Positions 14,118-30,344 of a DNA stretch of 64,000 nucleotides are shown piece by piece. The DNA lies in NCBI RefSeq assembly GCF_009914755.1, contig NC_060938.1, one strand, 5' to 3'. A program made the position numbers and the translations under genes. Under the pieces are notes generated by a model, which was not told where the DNA came from, did not search any database, and saw only the letters and a program-made list of their open reading frames with translations. The first letter of the stretch is position 1. Each line of letters opens with the position of its first letter. Source of the stretch: the human T2T-CHM13v2.0 reference genome, Homo sapiens.

Positions 14118-14533
14118 TACTATGGTCTGAATGTGTCTCACAAAATTATGTGTTGGAAACTGAATTCCCAATGCAACAGTGTCAGAAAGTGAGGCTTCTC
14201 TCTCTTTTTTTTTTTTTTTTTTTTTTTTTGACGCAGTCTTGCTCTGTCGCCCAGGCTGGAGTGCAGTGATGGAGGTGAGGTCTTTTGAAAGGTGTTTGGG
14301 CAGAGCCCTCATGAATGGATTAATGTCACTATGAAAGGGCTTGACACAGTGTTCCTCTCCTCCAGAGGTCTCAGCATTCAAGGTGCCATCTTGGAAGCAG
14401 AGAGCAGCCCTCACCAGTTGCTGGAAGCTTGATCTTGGAATTCCCAGCCTCCAGAACTGTGAGAAATCAATTTCTGTTGCTTATAAATTACCCATTATCA
14501 GCTATGCTGTTACAGCATCACAAAGACACTAAC
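14118..14533 (+). mobile_element. MaLR LTR, MSTC/MSTD/MLT1A-like
   Basis: tactatggtctgaatgtgtc...cccaatgcaacagtg...gccctcatgaatggattaatg...cccagcctccagaactgtgagaaat. Confidence 0.85.
14197..14270 (-). mobile_element. Severely 5'-truncated Alu (about 40 bp plus tail)
   Basis: Poly(T) followed by gacgcagtcttgctctgtcgcccaggctggagtgcagtg. Confidence 0.9.
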
Positions 14534-14714
14534 TTATATGATTATGACGTGACAACTAAAAGATTTAGCACATATAAAGAAGACATCTAGCTTACTCCCT
14601 GGCATATAATGAGTATTAAGTAAATGTTGCTACTATTAGTGTTGTGGTTACTGTTGATAATGGTGGTGATGATGATAACAATGATGACAAATAAGTATTT
14701 TTAATCCATTTTGA

Positions 14715-16965
14715 GGATTAAAGGTATCATTTTTATACAATAAAATGGACTCATTTGAAGTCTCCAGATGATTGTATATACTTGGTGACCAGGTACAGAA
14801 TATTTCCATCATTCCAAAAAGTACCCATAGACCCATTTTCAGCCAACTGCTTCTTCCCCTTGCAATGACAACCCCAAATATTGTACATTAGATCTGTTGT
14901 TATACATTAGATCTGTCTTCGCAGCGATTCATACAAAGAATTCCATTTTATCCTAATTGTTGGCTTATTAGCTATATGTCTTTGTTTTGTATTTTAATGG
15001 TTGTGTGAGGGTCCATAGCATACATCTTCACTTATTATATTATCACCTTCAAATAATACCATTTCACATAGAAGAACTTTACTTCTATTTCTCTTAACTC
15101 AATCTTGATGCTATTTAATACATGTAATTTACACTTATCTCATAAACCCCAAACTTCGTTGTTATAATTTGTGTTCGAACAGCCAACTATCTTTAAAGAG
15201 ATTGAAATAATAATAAACCGTCTTCTATATTTACCCATGTAGTTACCATTTTTTGTCTTCTTCATTCCTTTGAGTTGATCCACATTTCCATCTGGTATCA
15301 TTTTCATTTTGCCTAAAGGACTTTCTTTAACATTTCCTGTAGTGTCAGTCACTAATAATAAATTATTTTGGATTTTTGTAAGTCTGAAATCAACTTTATC
15401 GCTCCTTCACATTTGAAACATTTGAAAATCTCTGGGTGTAGAATGCTGGGTGGATAGTATTTTCTTTTCAGTACTTTAAAGGTGTTGCTCCACTGTCTCC
15501 TCACTGACATCATTTCCTATGATAAATCTGCTGTCATCCTTATCTTTTTTCCTCCACACTTCCACATCTTTTTTTCTTTACCCCTTATAACACTTTCTTT
15601 ATTGGTTTTGACCAACTTAATTATGATTAATTATTGACGTATTTTTCTATCATATTTCTTCTCCTTGGGGTTCATTGAGATTCCTGGATCTGTAAGTTGA
15701 CAGTTTTCATAGAAACTGGAAAATTTGGGGTTATTACTTCTTGAAATGTCTTTGCTGTCTCCCCTACTCCCCCCATTTTCAAAGATTCCAGTTACACTTA
15801 TATTAGGCCACTTGAAGTTTTTCCAGAATCACTGATGCCCTGGGGTTGTTTTTAAGTTCTTTTCTTCTCTGTGTGTTTCATTTTGGATAGTTTCTATTGC
15901 TATGTCTTCAAGTTCCTTAATCTTTTTTTCTGTAATGTCTGATATTCTGCTAATCCAATCCATTGTATTTTTCATCTCACACATTGTAGTCTTCATGTCT
16001 ATATATATTACATATCTTCCATGTCTCTACTTAATTTTGTTAACATATGGAATACAGTTATAATAACCATTTTAATGCCCTTGTCTGCTAAATCTAACAA
16101 CTTTGCCAGTTCTTGACGAATTTTGATGGATTGTTTATTCTCCTCATGATGGGTCATGTTTTTCTGCTTCTTTGCATGTCTGGTAATCTGTGATCAGATG
16201 CCAGACATTGTGAATTTTACCTTGTTTGGTGCAGAAGTATTTTTATTTATTTCTATAAATATCCTTGAACTTTCTTGGCATAATTTGAGGTTGACATTAA
16301 GTTACTTGGAAACAGTCGATCCTTTCAGGTCTTGTTTTTATGATTTATTAGGTGGGTCTGGAACAGTGCTCAGCCTAAGTCTAATTATTCCCCACCACTG
16401 AAGCAAGACTTTTCTGAGAATTCTACCAGTGGCCCATGAGTTATGAGTTTTTCCAGTCTGGCTGGTGGAAGCAGGCATTATTCCTGGCCCTGTACGCGTG
16501 CCTTTTGGGTGTTTTCTCCCAACTTCAGGTAATTTCCTCACATGCATATGTTCATCAGTGTTCTGCTGAATACTACAGAGGGAACTTCTGCAGTTCTCTG
16601 GAGTTCATCCTGTGTACTTACCTCCTCCCCACTGTCTGCACTGCAATTTCTAGATACCTTGGTTTTCCCAGACTCTCAGCTCCTTGTCCTCAACTTAGCA
16701 AGCCAGCCAGGCTCTATCTGGGTCCTCCTTCCTTGTGCTGCAGCCTGGAAACTTTGTCAAGGCAGTAAGTAAGCTGGGGAAATCCTAGGGCTCACTCAAT
16801 CATTTCCCATTTCTTGGGAACCTATGTCCTTTGTTGCCTGATATCCAGGGACTTAAGAACTATTGTTTCATATTTTTGTCTGGTTTTTCCTTTTTGATTT
16901 TTGCATTGTTTCAGGCAGGGGAGTAAACAGAGCCCCTGGGACCCTATCTTGTGTGGAAGCAGCAA
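14715..16965 (-). mobile_element. Old L1M: short 3' end joined to the inter-ORF/ORF1/5' region
   Basis: L1ME-type 3' terminus (tatacaataaaatggac...agaatatttccatcattccaaaaag), then antisense ORF1-region motifs (ttcagtactttaaaggtgttgctccactgtctcc, gatcagatgccagacattgtgaatttt). Confidence 0.75.
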
Positions 16966-17676
16966 TATCAAAAGAAATATTTTTAGCCCCTTGAGCTTAA
17001 AGGTATACTTTTTTTAGAAAATGCATTTTTAATTAATTTGAAAATTTATAATTGACACGGAATAATTATATATATTTATGGGGTACAGTGTAATGTAGGC
17101 CTATTTTAAGTCTCCAGAAGAGTTTTTCTAATATTAATAAGATTTTTGACTTCATAGTACTGAATTTTAAAAATTCTTTATATATTCTAGGTACAAGATT
17201 TTGTAAGTTGTGTATGATGAACATTTTCTTCCATTCTTTGTCTTGGCTTATAATATTCTTAACATTATATTCTGAAGAGTAAGTTTATGACTTTGATTAA
17301 TTTCAAATTAATTTTCTAAATGTTAGGATTTTTGTATCTGTGTCTTATCTAAGAAATTGTTGCCTACTTCAGGGTCACAAGATTTTTCCAATGTTTTGTT
17401 CCACAAATTTTATTCTTTCAGATTTTAGGTATAGGTCTATACCTCGCTTGAAGTTAGCTTTTTTTTTTAATATGGCATGAGACAAGAGTCAAGTTTTACA
17501 TTTTTCCATATGGATATACAGGTGTTTCAACAACACTTGCTGCATCTTAAGTCCCCCATTGAACCTTACTACTTTTGTCAAAACTCAATTGACCACATAT
17601 GCCTGGTCTATTTCTAGACCCCTTTATTCTGCTCCACTAATCTATATGTCTAACCTTATGCCAACAGCACATTACC

Positions 17677-19298
<1,622 letters not shown>

Positions 19299-20614
19299 TT
19301 ATCTTGATTACAGAAGTCTACATTATCTTGCTACAGAAGCTTTATAGTAAGTCTTGAAGTCAGGTAGTCTAAGTCCTCCAACACTGTTATACTTATTTAA
19401 AATTACTTTGACTATTCTACGTCCTTTGCAACCCCATATAAGTTTTAGAAACAGTTTATTCACTTCTGCCAAAAAGCAATTATGTTGGGGGCTTTACTGT
19501 GATTGCACAGAATTTATAAATTAACTGGATGATAATGAACATCTTTACATTATTGAATCTTCCAATACATAAACATGGTATATCTCTTTATTTAGGTCTA
19601 CGTCAGTTTCACTCAGAAGTGTATTGTTTTTAGTGTCCTTGACTATTTTGGTGAATTTATGCTTAATTATTCCAAGTATTTCTTATCTACTATAAATTAC
19701 TTACCAGCATACAGAAATGTACATTTCCTAAAATGCTGCTAAACTCACTTATTAGTTCTAGTAACCTTTTCAATCAGGTTTCTTAGGATTTTCTTCAGTC
19801 GTCTGTGAATAAAGACGGTTTTATTTCATCTTTTTAAATCTGTATGCTTTTCATTTCTTCTGATTACCTTACTAAACCGGCTATGACTGCCAATAAAATG
19901 TTGAATAAAATTGGTGAGAGTGGACCCCTTTGCCTTCATTCTCATTTTAAGGGAAAATATTCAGTCTTTTACTATTAAGTATCAGGTTTAGCTATAGGAT
20001 CTTCAGAGATGCTCTTAATCAAATTGAGAAAATTCCCCTCTGTTTCAGTTTACTATGAGCTTTTATCATGAATGGGTATTATATTTTGTCAAATACCTTT
20101 TCTGAAACTATTGAATTAAGTATATGGTTTTTTTCCTTTCATTCTGTGAATAATGAATTACATCAATTTTTTGTAATGTTAAACCAGCCTTACATTTCTG
20201 GGGTAATCCTACTTGATCATAGTATTCTTTTGATATATTGCCAGATTTAATTTGATAATATTTTGTTAAGGATTTTTTGCTTCTAAGTTCATAAGAGTTA
20301 TTGGTCTTTAGTTTTATTTTCCAATAAAGACATCATCTGGGCTTGGTATTGAACTTATACTGAGTCACGAAATCTTTCCATCCTACTCTATTTAAAATGA
20401 GTTAGAAAATATTTGCATCCTACTCTATTTTCCTCAAAGGCCTTATGTAGGATTGCTATTAATTATGACCTAAATATTTGCTAAAATTCACCCATGAGGT
20501 AATCTGCATTATAATTTTTATGGGAAACTGTGTTATTACAAATTCAATTTTAATAATGAATATGGAGCTATTGAGTTGTTTTATTTCTTCTTAAATCAGT
20601 TTTGATCATGTGCA

Positions 20615-20722
20615 TTTTTTTTCTTTTATTTTAAGCTCAGGGCTACATTTGCAGGATGTGTAGATTTGGTACATAGGTAAACATGTGTCATGAGGGTTTG
20701 TTGTACCAATTATTTCATCAGC
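20615..20722 (-). mobile_element. Short L1PA (older PA-type) 3' end stub
   Basis: ttttattttaagctcagggctacatttgcaggatgtgtagatttggtacataggtaaacatgtgtcatg. Confidence 0.75.
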
Positions 20723-22216
20723 CATTTGCATCTTTCAGGAAATATGTGCATGTCATGTAGGTTGAAGAACTTATGGCCTGAATTTGTTTATTGTATTGCC
20801 TTGTGATCCTTTTAATGGCTGTAAAATGCTTAGTGATATCCCTTTCTTTCAGTCCCAATATTAGTAATTTGTGCCTTCTCTCTTCTTATCACTCTAGCTA
20901 AAAGTTTATCAATTGCATTGATCTTTTTAAAGAATCAGGTTTTGATTGTATTGATTTTCATGACTGTTTTTCTGATTTCTATTTCTTCTATTTCTCCTTC
21001 CACCTTCATTATTTTCTTCTTCTTAGTTACTTTGGCTTAAATTTCCTCTTTTTCCCTCTAGCATAAAGTGATAATTGATTTAGGATCTTTATTCTGTTCT
21101 ACTATAAACATTTAAAGCGATCAATTTTTCCCAATCAATGTTTTAGCTGTATTTCACACATTGTTTAGATTTTCACTATGTTCAAATATTTTGTAATTGC
21201 TCCATGATTCCTTTTTAGTCCAACAGGTTGTTAGAAATGTAGATTGTGTTTAAAATTCTGGTATTTAGAGGTTTTGCAAATTTATTTCTGTGTCGATTTC
21301 TATGTTAATTCCACTTTGGTCAGAAAATGTATCCTGCATGTTTTCTTTCCTTTGTTATTTACTAAGGTTTGCTTTTTGACCCAGCCGTCTATCTTGGTGA
21401 ATGTTCTGTTTACCTATAGAATATGTTCTATAGTTTTTGGATAGAGTTTTCCATAATTGTTAATTAGGTCAAATTGGTTTAGCACATTGCTCAAGTCTTG
21501 TCTATCCCTACTAATTTTCTGTGTACTCTATCAGTTCCTGAAAGAGGAATGTTGAAATTTCCAACTATAGTTGTGGATCTGTCTATTTCTCTTTCCAATA
21601 TTTTTAGGTTTTGCTTCCTTCATTTTGAAGCTCTGTTATTAGGTGTGCACACATTTGAGATCACTATGAATTCTTAATTAATTAACACTATTATCATTAT
21701 AAAATATCTTTCTGTATGCCTGGTAATCTTCCTTGTTCTGCTGTCTACTTTGAATGATACTAACCATAGTCATTCCAGCTTTCTTATGATTAAGTATTTG
21801 CATGGTATACATTTTTACATCCTTTTATTTTTAACACTGTGTCTTTATATCTACCATAGGTTTGTTATGAACAGAACATACATAGGTAACTTTTTAAAAA
21901 AATTCAGTCTGATGATATCTGCCTTTTAATTAGAGCGTTCGCACCATTTCTATTTAATATACATATCAATTACATTACTTTCTTACTATGTAGGTTCTAT
22001 ATATCCAATTTGTTCTTTGTTCTTTTTCTTCTATCTTTTGATTAGCTGTATTTAACATTCCATTTTATCTGTGTTATTGTTTTATGAACTACACCTCTTT
22101 GTTTTATTATTTTAGAGGGGTGCTCTATAATCTGCAATATGCAATTTACCTTGACACAATCGCCTTTAAATAACATTATACCATGTGACATACAACTTAA
22201 GAACCCTATAACAGTA

Positions 22217-22405
22217 GAGTTGACCCTTGACCAACATGGGTTTGAGCTGCATGGATCCACTTATATGCAGATTTCTTTTCAACCAAACTCAGATAGAAAA
22301 TACAGCATTCACGGGATAGGCCAACTATGGGACTTGAGTGTGTGTGTATTTCGGTGTCTTCAGGAGTTCTGGGACCAATTCCCCATGTATGCTGAGGGAC
22401 GACTA
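22217..22405 (+). mobile_element. MER8 (TcMar-Tigger MITE)
   Basis: agttgacccttgaccaacatgggtttgagctg...ggaccaattccccatgtatgctgagggacgact, flanked by TA. Confidence 0.85.
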
Positions 22406-22648
22406 TATTTTTATTTCCCACTCTCTTGTCCTTTGTGTTTTGCTATCATAAATTTTATTCCTACATAGGCAATAAGCTGCACAATTCATTGTTTGTTTTA
22501 GACAATTATCTATAAAGAAATTTTAAAACTAAAAATTGTATCTTCTCACATATTTAACATTTCCATAATTTTTCATTACTTTGTATACACCCAAGTTTCC
22601 ATCTAGTATCATATTTTTTTTTTGCTAGAGGAACTTCTTTAAACATTT

Positions 22649-22990
22649 ATATATATATATATATATTTTTTTTTTTTTAACTTTTTAATTTTTATTTCTT
22701 CTTATAGATGGAGTCTGGCTCTTATGCCCAGACTGGAGTGCAGTGGCACAACCATAGCTCACTGCAGCCTCAAACTCCCTAGCTCAAACAATCCTCCCAC
22801 CTCGGCCTCTTGAGTAGCTAGGACTACAGGTGTGCGCCACCACACCTGGATAACTTCCTATTTTTATTTTTTTAGAGATGAGTTCTCACTATGTTGCTCA
22901 GCCTGGTCTCTCACTCTTGGCCTCAGGTGACCCTCCTGCCTCAGCTTCCCAAAGTGCTGGGATTATAGGTGTGAGCCACTACACCCAGCC
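22649..22990 (-). mobile_element. AluJ with (TA)n-modified tail
   Basis: Dimer with catagctcactgcagcctcaaactcc. TSD ctttaaacattt/cttttaacattt. Confidence 0.92.
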
Positions 22991-24879
22991 CTTTTAACAT
23001 TTCTTATACAGGTCTGCTCACAACACATCTATATAGGTATTTTTTTCCCATACAAGTACAGATTTCAACTTTATTTTTGATATGTTTTCTTTGGGTATAT
23101 AATTCTGGATTTACAGTGTTTTTGCTTGTTTGTTTCTTTCAGCACTTTAAAGATGTCATTTCATTTTCTCTAATTTGCATTAGAAGTCTGCAGTATTGTT
23201 ATCTTGTTCCTTTATATGTAAATTGTCTTTAGTCTTTAGCTGCTTTAAAGATGTTTTCTTTACATCTTTGATTTTTAGCAATTTGATTATGATGTGCCTG
23301 GGGTGTTTGTGTGTGTGTGTGTGTGTCCTGCTTGAGTTTTATAAAGATGCTTGGATCTATGGGTTTATAGTTTGCATTAGACAATTTTTTTTGGCCATTA
23401 TTACCTCAAATATTTTTCTGTTCCCTACCCTTCTCTTTCTGTGATTTTAGTTACACGTTTGCTAGACCAGCTGATATTTTCCCAGGGGTCACTGATACTG
23501 TGTTTTCTTTCAGTCTTTTTTCTGTATGGGCTTCATTTTGGATGGTTTCTGTTGCTACATGTTCACATATACTGCTCTGTTGTGTTTTGTTTTGTTTTGT
23601 TTTCCTGCGGTGTGGAGTCTACTGTAAGTTTACCCAGTAAGTATTTTATCTCAGATTATTCCATTCTCCATCTCTAGAAGTTACATCTGGTTCTTATTTT
23701 TTGTATCTTCCCTTGTTCTCCCCATTATGCTAATGTTTTCTTTCACATCCTTAAGCATGTTACACATGTTTCTAACAGCTGTTTCAATGCCTTTTATGCC
23801 AATGCTATCATCTTTTGTCATTTCTGAGCCTGCTTCTATTGACCAAACTTTCTCTTGTTTATGGGTCATGTTTTCCCACTTAATGACATGTCTAGCAAAT
23901 TTTGATCAGATGCTAGACACTGTGAGTTTTATGTTTGCACGTGCTGGAGTTTGTTTTATTCCTATAAAGAGTAACAGGCAGTTAAGTTACCTGCAAATCA
24001 CCTTGAGCCTTTTGAGGCTGGTTTTGAAGCCATTTTAAGGAAGGCTCAGAACAGCCTTTCCTTAAGGCTGGGGTAGCCCCACTGCTACAGCAAGGCCCCT
24101 CTGTTCTTTACTGAAAGCCCTGTGTATCCAATGAAGCCTCTCTTCTCTCACTGGTGGGGTCTTACATCATTCCAAATCCTGTGTGAGGTCTGAAAATTAT
24201 CAGCCTACATCTCCCTAGTAATTGTCCTTTCCTAAAAACTGTTCTTAGCCTGGCCTCATGGAGCTTAACCTTATGCAAATACAGAAAAGTATTTAGCCAA
24301 AGACTCAAGGAACTCTTAGGCAATTTCTGTAGGTCTTTCTCTGTGTAATCCCCTCGTCTCTGGTACTCCCTTGGATTATAATCCTATGCTTACTGATATT
24401 CAATGTATGAGAAAGTTGTCTTATATATTTTATCTACTATTCATTTTGTTAATAGTGCTAGGGTAAGTTCAGACACAGTACTCTTTCATGGTCAGAGCAA
24501 AATTCTGATGTCTGAATCTTTAAAGCAATGCAAGATGTGGATTAGCTTTTGGGAAAAAAAAGAGAGAGAGAGAAAGAGAGATGGTGCTGTACCAACCAGA
24601 AGTTCTTCCATAGCTCAGAGCTATGTCAGATGCTATAAGGGACACAAATACCAATTCTTTTTACACAATTGCACAATTAATAAGCATGTGGGATTTCATA
24701 ATTTGCAAAGAATGTTCACCTCCATATTTCATTCTAAAAATAACTTTGTGAGGTGTCATTTATTGCTATGAACATTTTGTGAAGGAAGTGCCTCGTGATG
24801 ATGGAAAGCATACGCCAACTACGTGGGTTTCAGTCCCAGCTCCCTCATGTACCAGCAGTGTGGCTTTCCATTGAAACCT

Positions 24880-25900
24880 TCCATCTAGCTTTCTGTTTTT
24901 GATGTGTTCACTCTTGTTTTATGTTCTTTTTCTCCCCATTTCTTTCTTCTTTTGGATTAATTTTGTGCATTTTATTATCTCATGTCCTCCTTTATTAACC
25001 GGTTCATTCTTACTATTCTCTTAACAGATACTCTTATAAAACTTATAGTTACTCTAATAAAGTAAATACTTTTATCACTTCCTGGCAATGCAGGATCTTA
25101 GAACACTTTGACTTAATTTACTTCCTTGAGGCCTTTTGGCTACTGTTTTCATGTGTCTTAATTTGCTATGTATGTTTAATTCTACAGGACATTATTATTA
25201 TTTTGGTTGCTCCATATAGTCAACATTCATTTTGATTTAGTCACACATTTGTCTTCTGTGTTGCCTTTATTTCTTCCTGCATTGGTGCTCTTCTATTTGG
25301 GATCATTTTCCTTCTGCCTAAAGAATATCCTTTAGTATGTCCTTTAGTGTGTGGCTGCCAGCCACAAGTTTTCTCAGTTTCTATTTGTTTGAAAACGTCT
25401 TCATTTCATCTTTCTTTTGAAGGATAATTTTGCTGGCATAGACTTTGGTTATTTCTTTGAGTATGTTGAAGATAGCATTCCACCATTTTCTAGCTTCCAT
25501 CCTTTCCATTGAGATGTCTCCTTTAAATCGTAGCGCCGCTCCTTTGAAGGGAGTGCATCTTCTATTTCTAGCTTCTTTTAAGTTTCTCTCTTTGGAATTG
25601 TTCTTTCAGCTATTTTACTGTAATGTACCTCAGTATACTCTTCTTTGTAGGTATATTTTGCTGGGCTCATAGTAATTATTGAATCTGTTGCTTGGTTCTT
25701 TCTACATTTTTTGATAACTGTAGCTGATCTAACTTCAAATTCTGCTTCTCCCTCATTCTCTCTCTCTCTCTTTCTTTTCCTTTGCAGACTTCAGTTACAC
25801 AAATATTAGGCATGTTGACTATTTCCCATATATCTCACGCTTCTTTTCTGTATTTTCCACCCTGTTTTTTCTCTCCACACTGTGGCATAGCTGTTTTCTT
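24880..25900 (-). mobile_element. Old L1ME ORF1-region remnant
   Basis: gggatcattttccttctgcctaaagaatatcc, ttgaaggataattttgctggcatag, gacttcagttacacaaatattaggc. Confidence 0.7.
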
Positions 25901-26639
25901 CCTGTTTGGGCTTCCTGTGCCTTATTTTCATCGGTTGTGAGACAGTGATGATAAGGAGCCCTCACCGGCAGCACTGCCATAGGGATTCAGGGTGCTAATA
26001 CACGCAAGTAATTCAGACCAGTGCCTGAAAGATCACTACTACTGTCATTCACATTACACAGACGGGAAAACTCAGGCTCATGTAGGCCAGGTGACCTGAT
26101 CAAATCGCACCATCAGAAACTGCCCTCCTGACACGGGCCTCGTAAGCTTGTCCAACTATGGGTGGGTGAGTAGAGAAAAGAGAATGGGCACACCGGGGGA
26201 ACCCGACGAGACCTAGTTGACAGGAGTGCACTGATGCTCCAGGGAGACCTGGAAGAGAAGGACGGCTTGAACAGCCAGGGCAGCACACAGGACCAGAGGG
26301 CTAGATTAGGATAGGAGATCACCTGGAGATCACCTGCTCAAATAAGACCCCAGGACAACAGTGGCTCAAACAAGATAAAAGTTTCTTTACCTCTCCCGTA
26401 GCAGAACATGTGTGTGAGCATAAGCAGCCCAGGAGGTGTTTGAAGTACATTAAAGAAAGTCACTGAAGAGAACAGGCCAAAGTGGATTTGAATGGCCGCC
26501 AAAGACACCTGCGCTGGGGACAAAGACCACATCTCATCTGAGAAACTCCTCAGAGGCTGGATCAAATGCAGAGCTCCTTCTCCTGGGGAGCAGAGCTCTT
26601 TGAACTCACGCTGGTGAACACTGCACCAAGCCCTTTACC

Positions 26640-27190
26640 AAACGTCCAACTTCCAGTCTCTCCCTTCAGCAGTCCAGCATACCAGGGCGTTCCTCCTAAG
26701 ATGTATCTCAAAACATGTCACTCCTATACTTAGAAAAAGAAAGAAGAAACCAGCCCAGAAAGTTGTCCCCCTTGCCTACTAGATAATGTCCAAACCACCT
26801 TAGCTCAGCTTTTGAGATCCACCATGATGGAGCCCACCCACCCATCCTCAGTCCACCTGCTGCAGCTTCTCCATAACCCAACACAGGTCAATCTTGTCTC
26901 CCTAAACACACCATGTGCTCTCATGCTGCCATGGTTTGCCTGGGGCCCTCTCTACCTCCTCTGCTTTCTGGAGAACCCTTGCACTCCTCCCAAGCCTTCA
27001 AGTTGGAAAGTGAACAGTCAGCATATGTCTCTAGCTCAGCCCTTACTGCGTGGATTCATGAAGATTGGTTCACTGTCAGCCCCTGACCAGAACGTGTGTT
27101 TTAGGAAAGCAGGAACCAAGTCTTACCAATGTCTGTAGTCCCAGCCTCCACCCTGGCATACAGTAGGTGCTCATTGAATGTGGGAGGGAA
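26640..27190 (+). mobile_element. L2 3' region
   Basis: gtccaaaccaccttagc...cctaaacacaccatg...cctggcatacagtaggtgctcattgaatg. Confidence 0.65.
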
Positions 27191-28124
27191 AGAGGAGACA
27201 CATGGAAGGGAATGTCATTCAGTATGCAGGGCTGCTATGAAGACCTGTCAGGAGGCAAGGTGTGGGGCAGGCGGACGCATATCAACACGTACAATTCAAA
27301 GACGCCCAGGAGGACCCCAACTGTGCACCTGGCTCATCTTTTATCACGCCCCAAGTTAATCGAATACAAACTGGATCTTACTAAATACAAGGCTGGATTC
27401 TCAGAGATAATTTGTCTCTGCTCCCCGCAGGCTGAGTTTCCACTCTCCACTACCTGTGTAAGAATCCTCAGCCCAGGCAGCCTTAGAAATCACTGCTCTC
27501 AACAACTTGAAATACATCCAAGAGCAGAACAGACAACTGTTGGCAGCTTCGGAGACCAAGCTCTGCATTGAGACATGGCATTAAATAAGCGTATCCAGAA
27601 AAAAATTATATAATACATGGAAACGAGCCCAAGAACCAGGCAATGGTCTACGCACCACAGGATTCTAAGTACAGAACAAGGCTGAAAGCTGGTAAATTCA
27701 TCCATTGCAGGCATTGAAACTCAGCTAAGAGGTAAGCAGGTATCTGTAAGGTGTCACTTTAAATAAACAGCTCCATAGAAAAATGGTTTTCACCTCCCGT
27801 TTCACTCCATTTTCACTTGTTCAAGGGTCTGGCCTTATCGTTATATAACAAAAATCTTAAATACTGAGATTATTTAAATGCTGGTGAGATAAGATGGATA
27901 AAATAATCAAAGACCTAGGGTGCCCACACCTTCCCTCAGGGCCCCTGGAGCAGCTCTGGCCAGGAAGCACAGGTTCTAGTTGGCACAGGCAATCAATGGC
28001 TGACAAGGTCCTGTACAGACTTAGAGACCTGGTTTGGGGAAAATGTTCCAAATGTCGGAGGATCCACAAACACAGAGTTCTTGAATTAGAAGGAAACTTG
28101 GAAAGAAAAGCATACGACCTTTCA

Positions 28125-28652
<528 letters not shown>

Positions 28653-29398
28653 AGAAAGGGCAAAAATCAGCTAATACCATTGGGTCAAAATGTGGCACAG
28701 GCTGATCTGCCACCAGGCAGACCCTGAAACAAGACAAAATTTCCTCAAAGGATGCAGCCAAAGGCCTTGGGCCAGGGAAGGCTGGTTATAAATGGAAGGA
28801 AAAGCACTTCCTGCCTTCTTAGCGCTCATGCAGTTTCAGTAGACATTTTGTATTGTTTTGATGTGTTTTTTGAGTGTGTCTAAGACAGAAAACTTACATA
28901 ACCCTTTGGACCAGCTCCTCGGGAGACGAGAAACCTTAAATGTCAGCTTGCAGCTACAGCGAGCAGGCTTATCATGAGCAGGACTGTCCTTCACAGGCGG
29001 GCCGCAAGACACTCTGGCCACGCAGTGGGCGGCTGGTTGCTCCCGGAGCTGCTGGCCTCCCAGGTACACCACGCGAATGTTCTGAGAACAACTTTTAACC
29101 ATGGTGACTTCTGGAATAGCCATTGATTACCAGGAAATTTTAGGCCTCAGGTGAACCCAGCCAGCTTTTTCCACAAACTATGTTAAATTCTCTTTACGTA
29201 AGCCCCAGCCTGAGAACTCTGTGCTATTTTCACAACTTCTTGTGAGTCTTAAACTACTTCAGAATAAAGACTTATATCTTGGAAGTTTGGTCATATCCTC
29301 CCAAATTTTTCAGATATGGATGTCAAGTATCATGGAAAGTAAGAGGCTCACCCAAGTGTGTCCATCAAGGTAAGCTCCGTGTTGCTGCGTGAGTACAA

Positions 29399-29429
<31 letters not shown>

Positions 29430-29737
29430 TTTTTTTTTTTTTTTAAAAACAGGGTTTCACTCTGTCCCCAAGCTGGAGTGCAGTGGTGCAATCTAGGCTC
29501 ACTGCAGCCTCGACCTCCACCTCCCCCAGCTCAGGTGATTCCCCCACCTTAATCTTCTGACTAGCTGGGACCGACCACAGGCATGCACCACCACGCTCAG
29601 CTCATTTTTGTATTGTTTGGTAGAGATAAGTTCTCGCTATGTCACCCAGCCTGGTCTTGAACTCCCGGGCTCAAGCACACCTCCATCCTTGGCCTTTCAA
29701 AGGTCTGGGATTACAGGCGTGAGCCACTGCATCTGCC
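29399..29737 (-). mobile_element. AluJb-like with (CT)n-poly(T) tail
   Basis: Antisense dimer (gctcactgcagcctcgacctcc, gaactcccgggctcaagc). Confidence 0.9.
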
Positions 29738-30344
29738 ACAGTCCCCAGTCTGAATGCCTCCCTCTGGTGGGCTGGAGCTCTGCTCCGAGATGGCATCGAG
29801 TCATCCTTTCTGCAGAGGTTGACGACGGGGCACCCGCGTGGAGCACTGTGGGTCACTGTGGCAGAGGCCAGGCAGGGCCAGCAGGGCTCTGGCACTTTGC
29901 GCAGCCACCGGGAAGTATCTGGCATCACCCCCACTCACATTCCACGAGGCATAGCAAGCCTAGTAGAATAAACGTCTCCTTGCAAAGATGACTTTCATCT
30001 CCCGTTTCATTCCATTTTCCTAACGGAGAGAAAGTAGAGAAAGGCAATCCCACTGTGTGTCCAAAGAGAGCCAGACATATTTGGTGGCCAGTCCTGAAGA
30101 CTGGCACGTTGGACAGCAGCTGTCCTCGAGTGAGGAATGGGACATGCATCTAGTCAACTACACCGCCTGTGTCCTTTCCACTACGCCGCAGAAACTGTGC
30201 AGCCGCACTGCTGTTTTTAATTACAAAGTTTAAGTCGTATGTATTTTAACACTCTTTCAAAAGTTAAAAGACTGAGGCATAAAACCTCAGTATCTCTTAA
30301 TCTATGCCTTGTTTTAATGAATGTCTATTGAGTCCTCTCAGAGA

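Larger units (their letters stand above)
14030..14640 (+). mobile_element. MIR split by an LTR insertion
   Basis: MIR core at ~14060-14115 (gcctgagttttctcatcaataaattggagataataaaagtacct). The 3' half resumes at ~14535 (cctggcatataatgagtattaagtaaatgttgctactatta). Confidence 0.7.
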
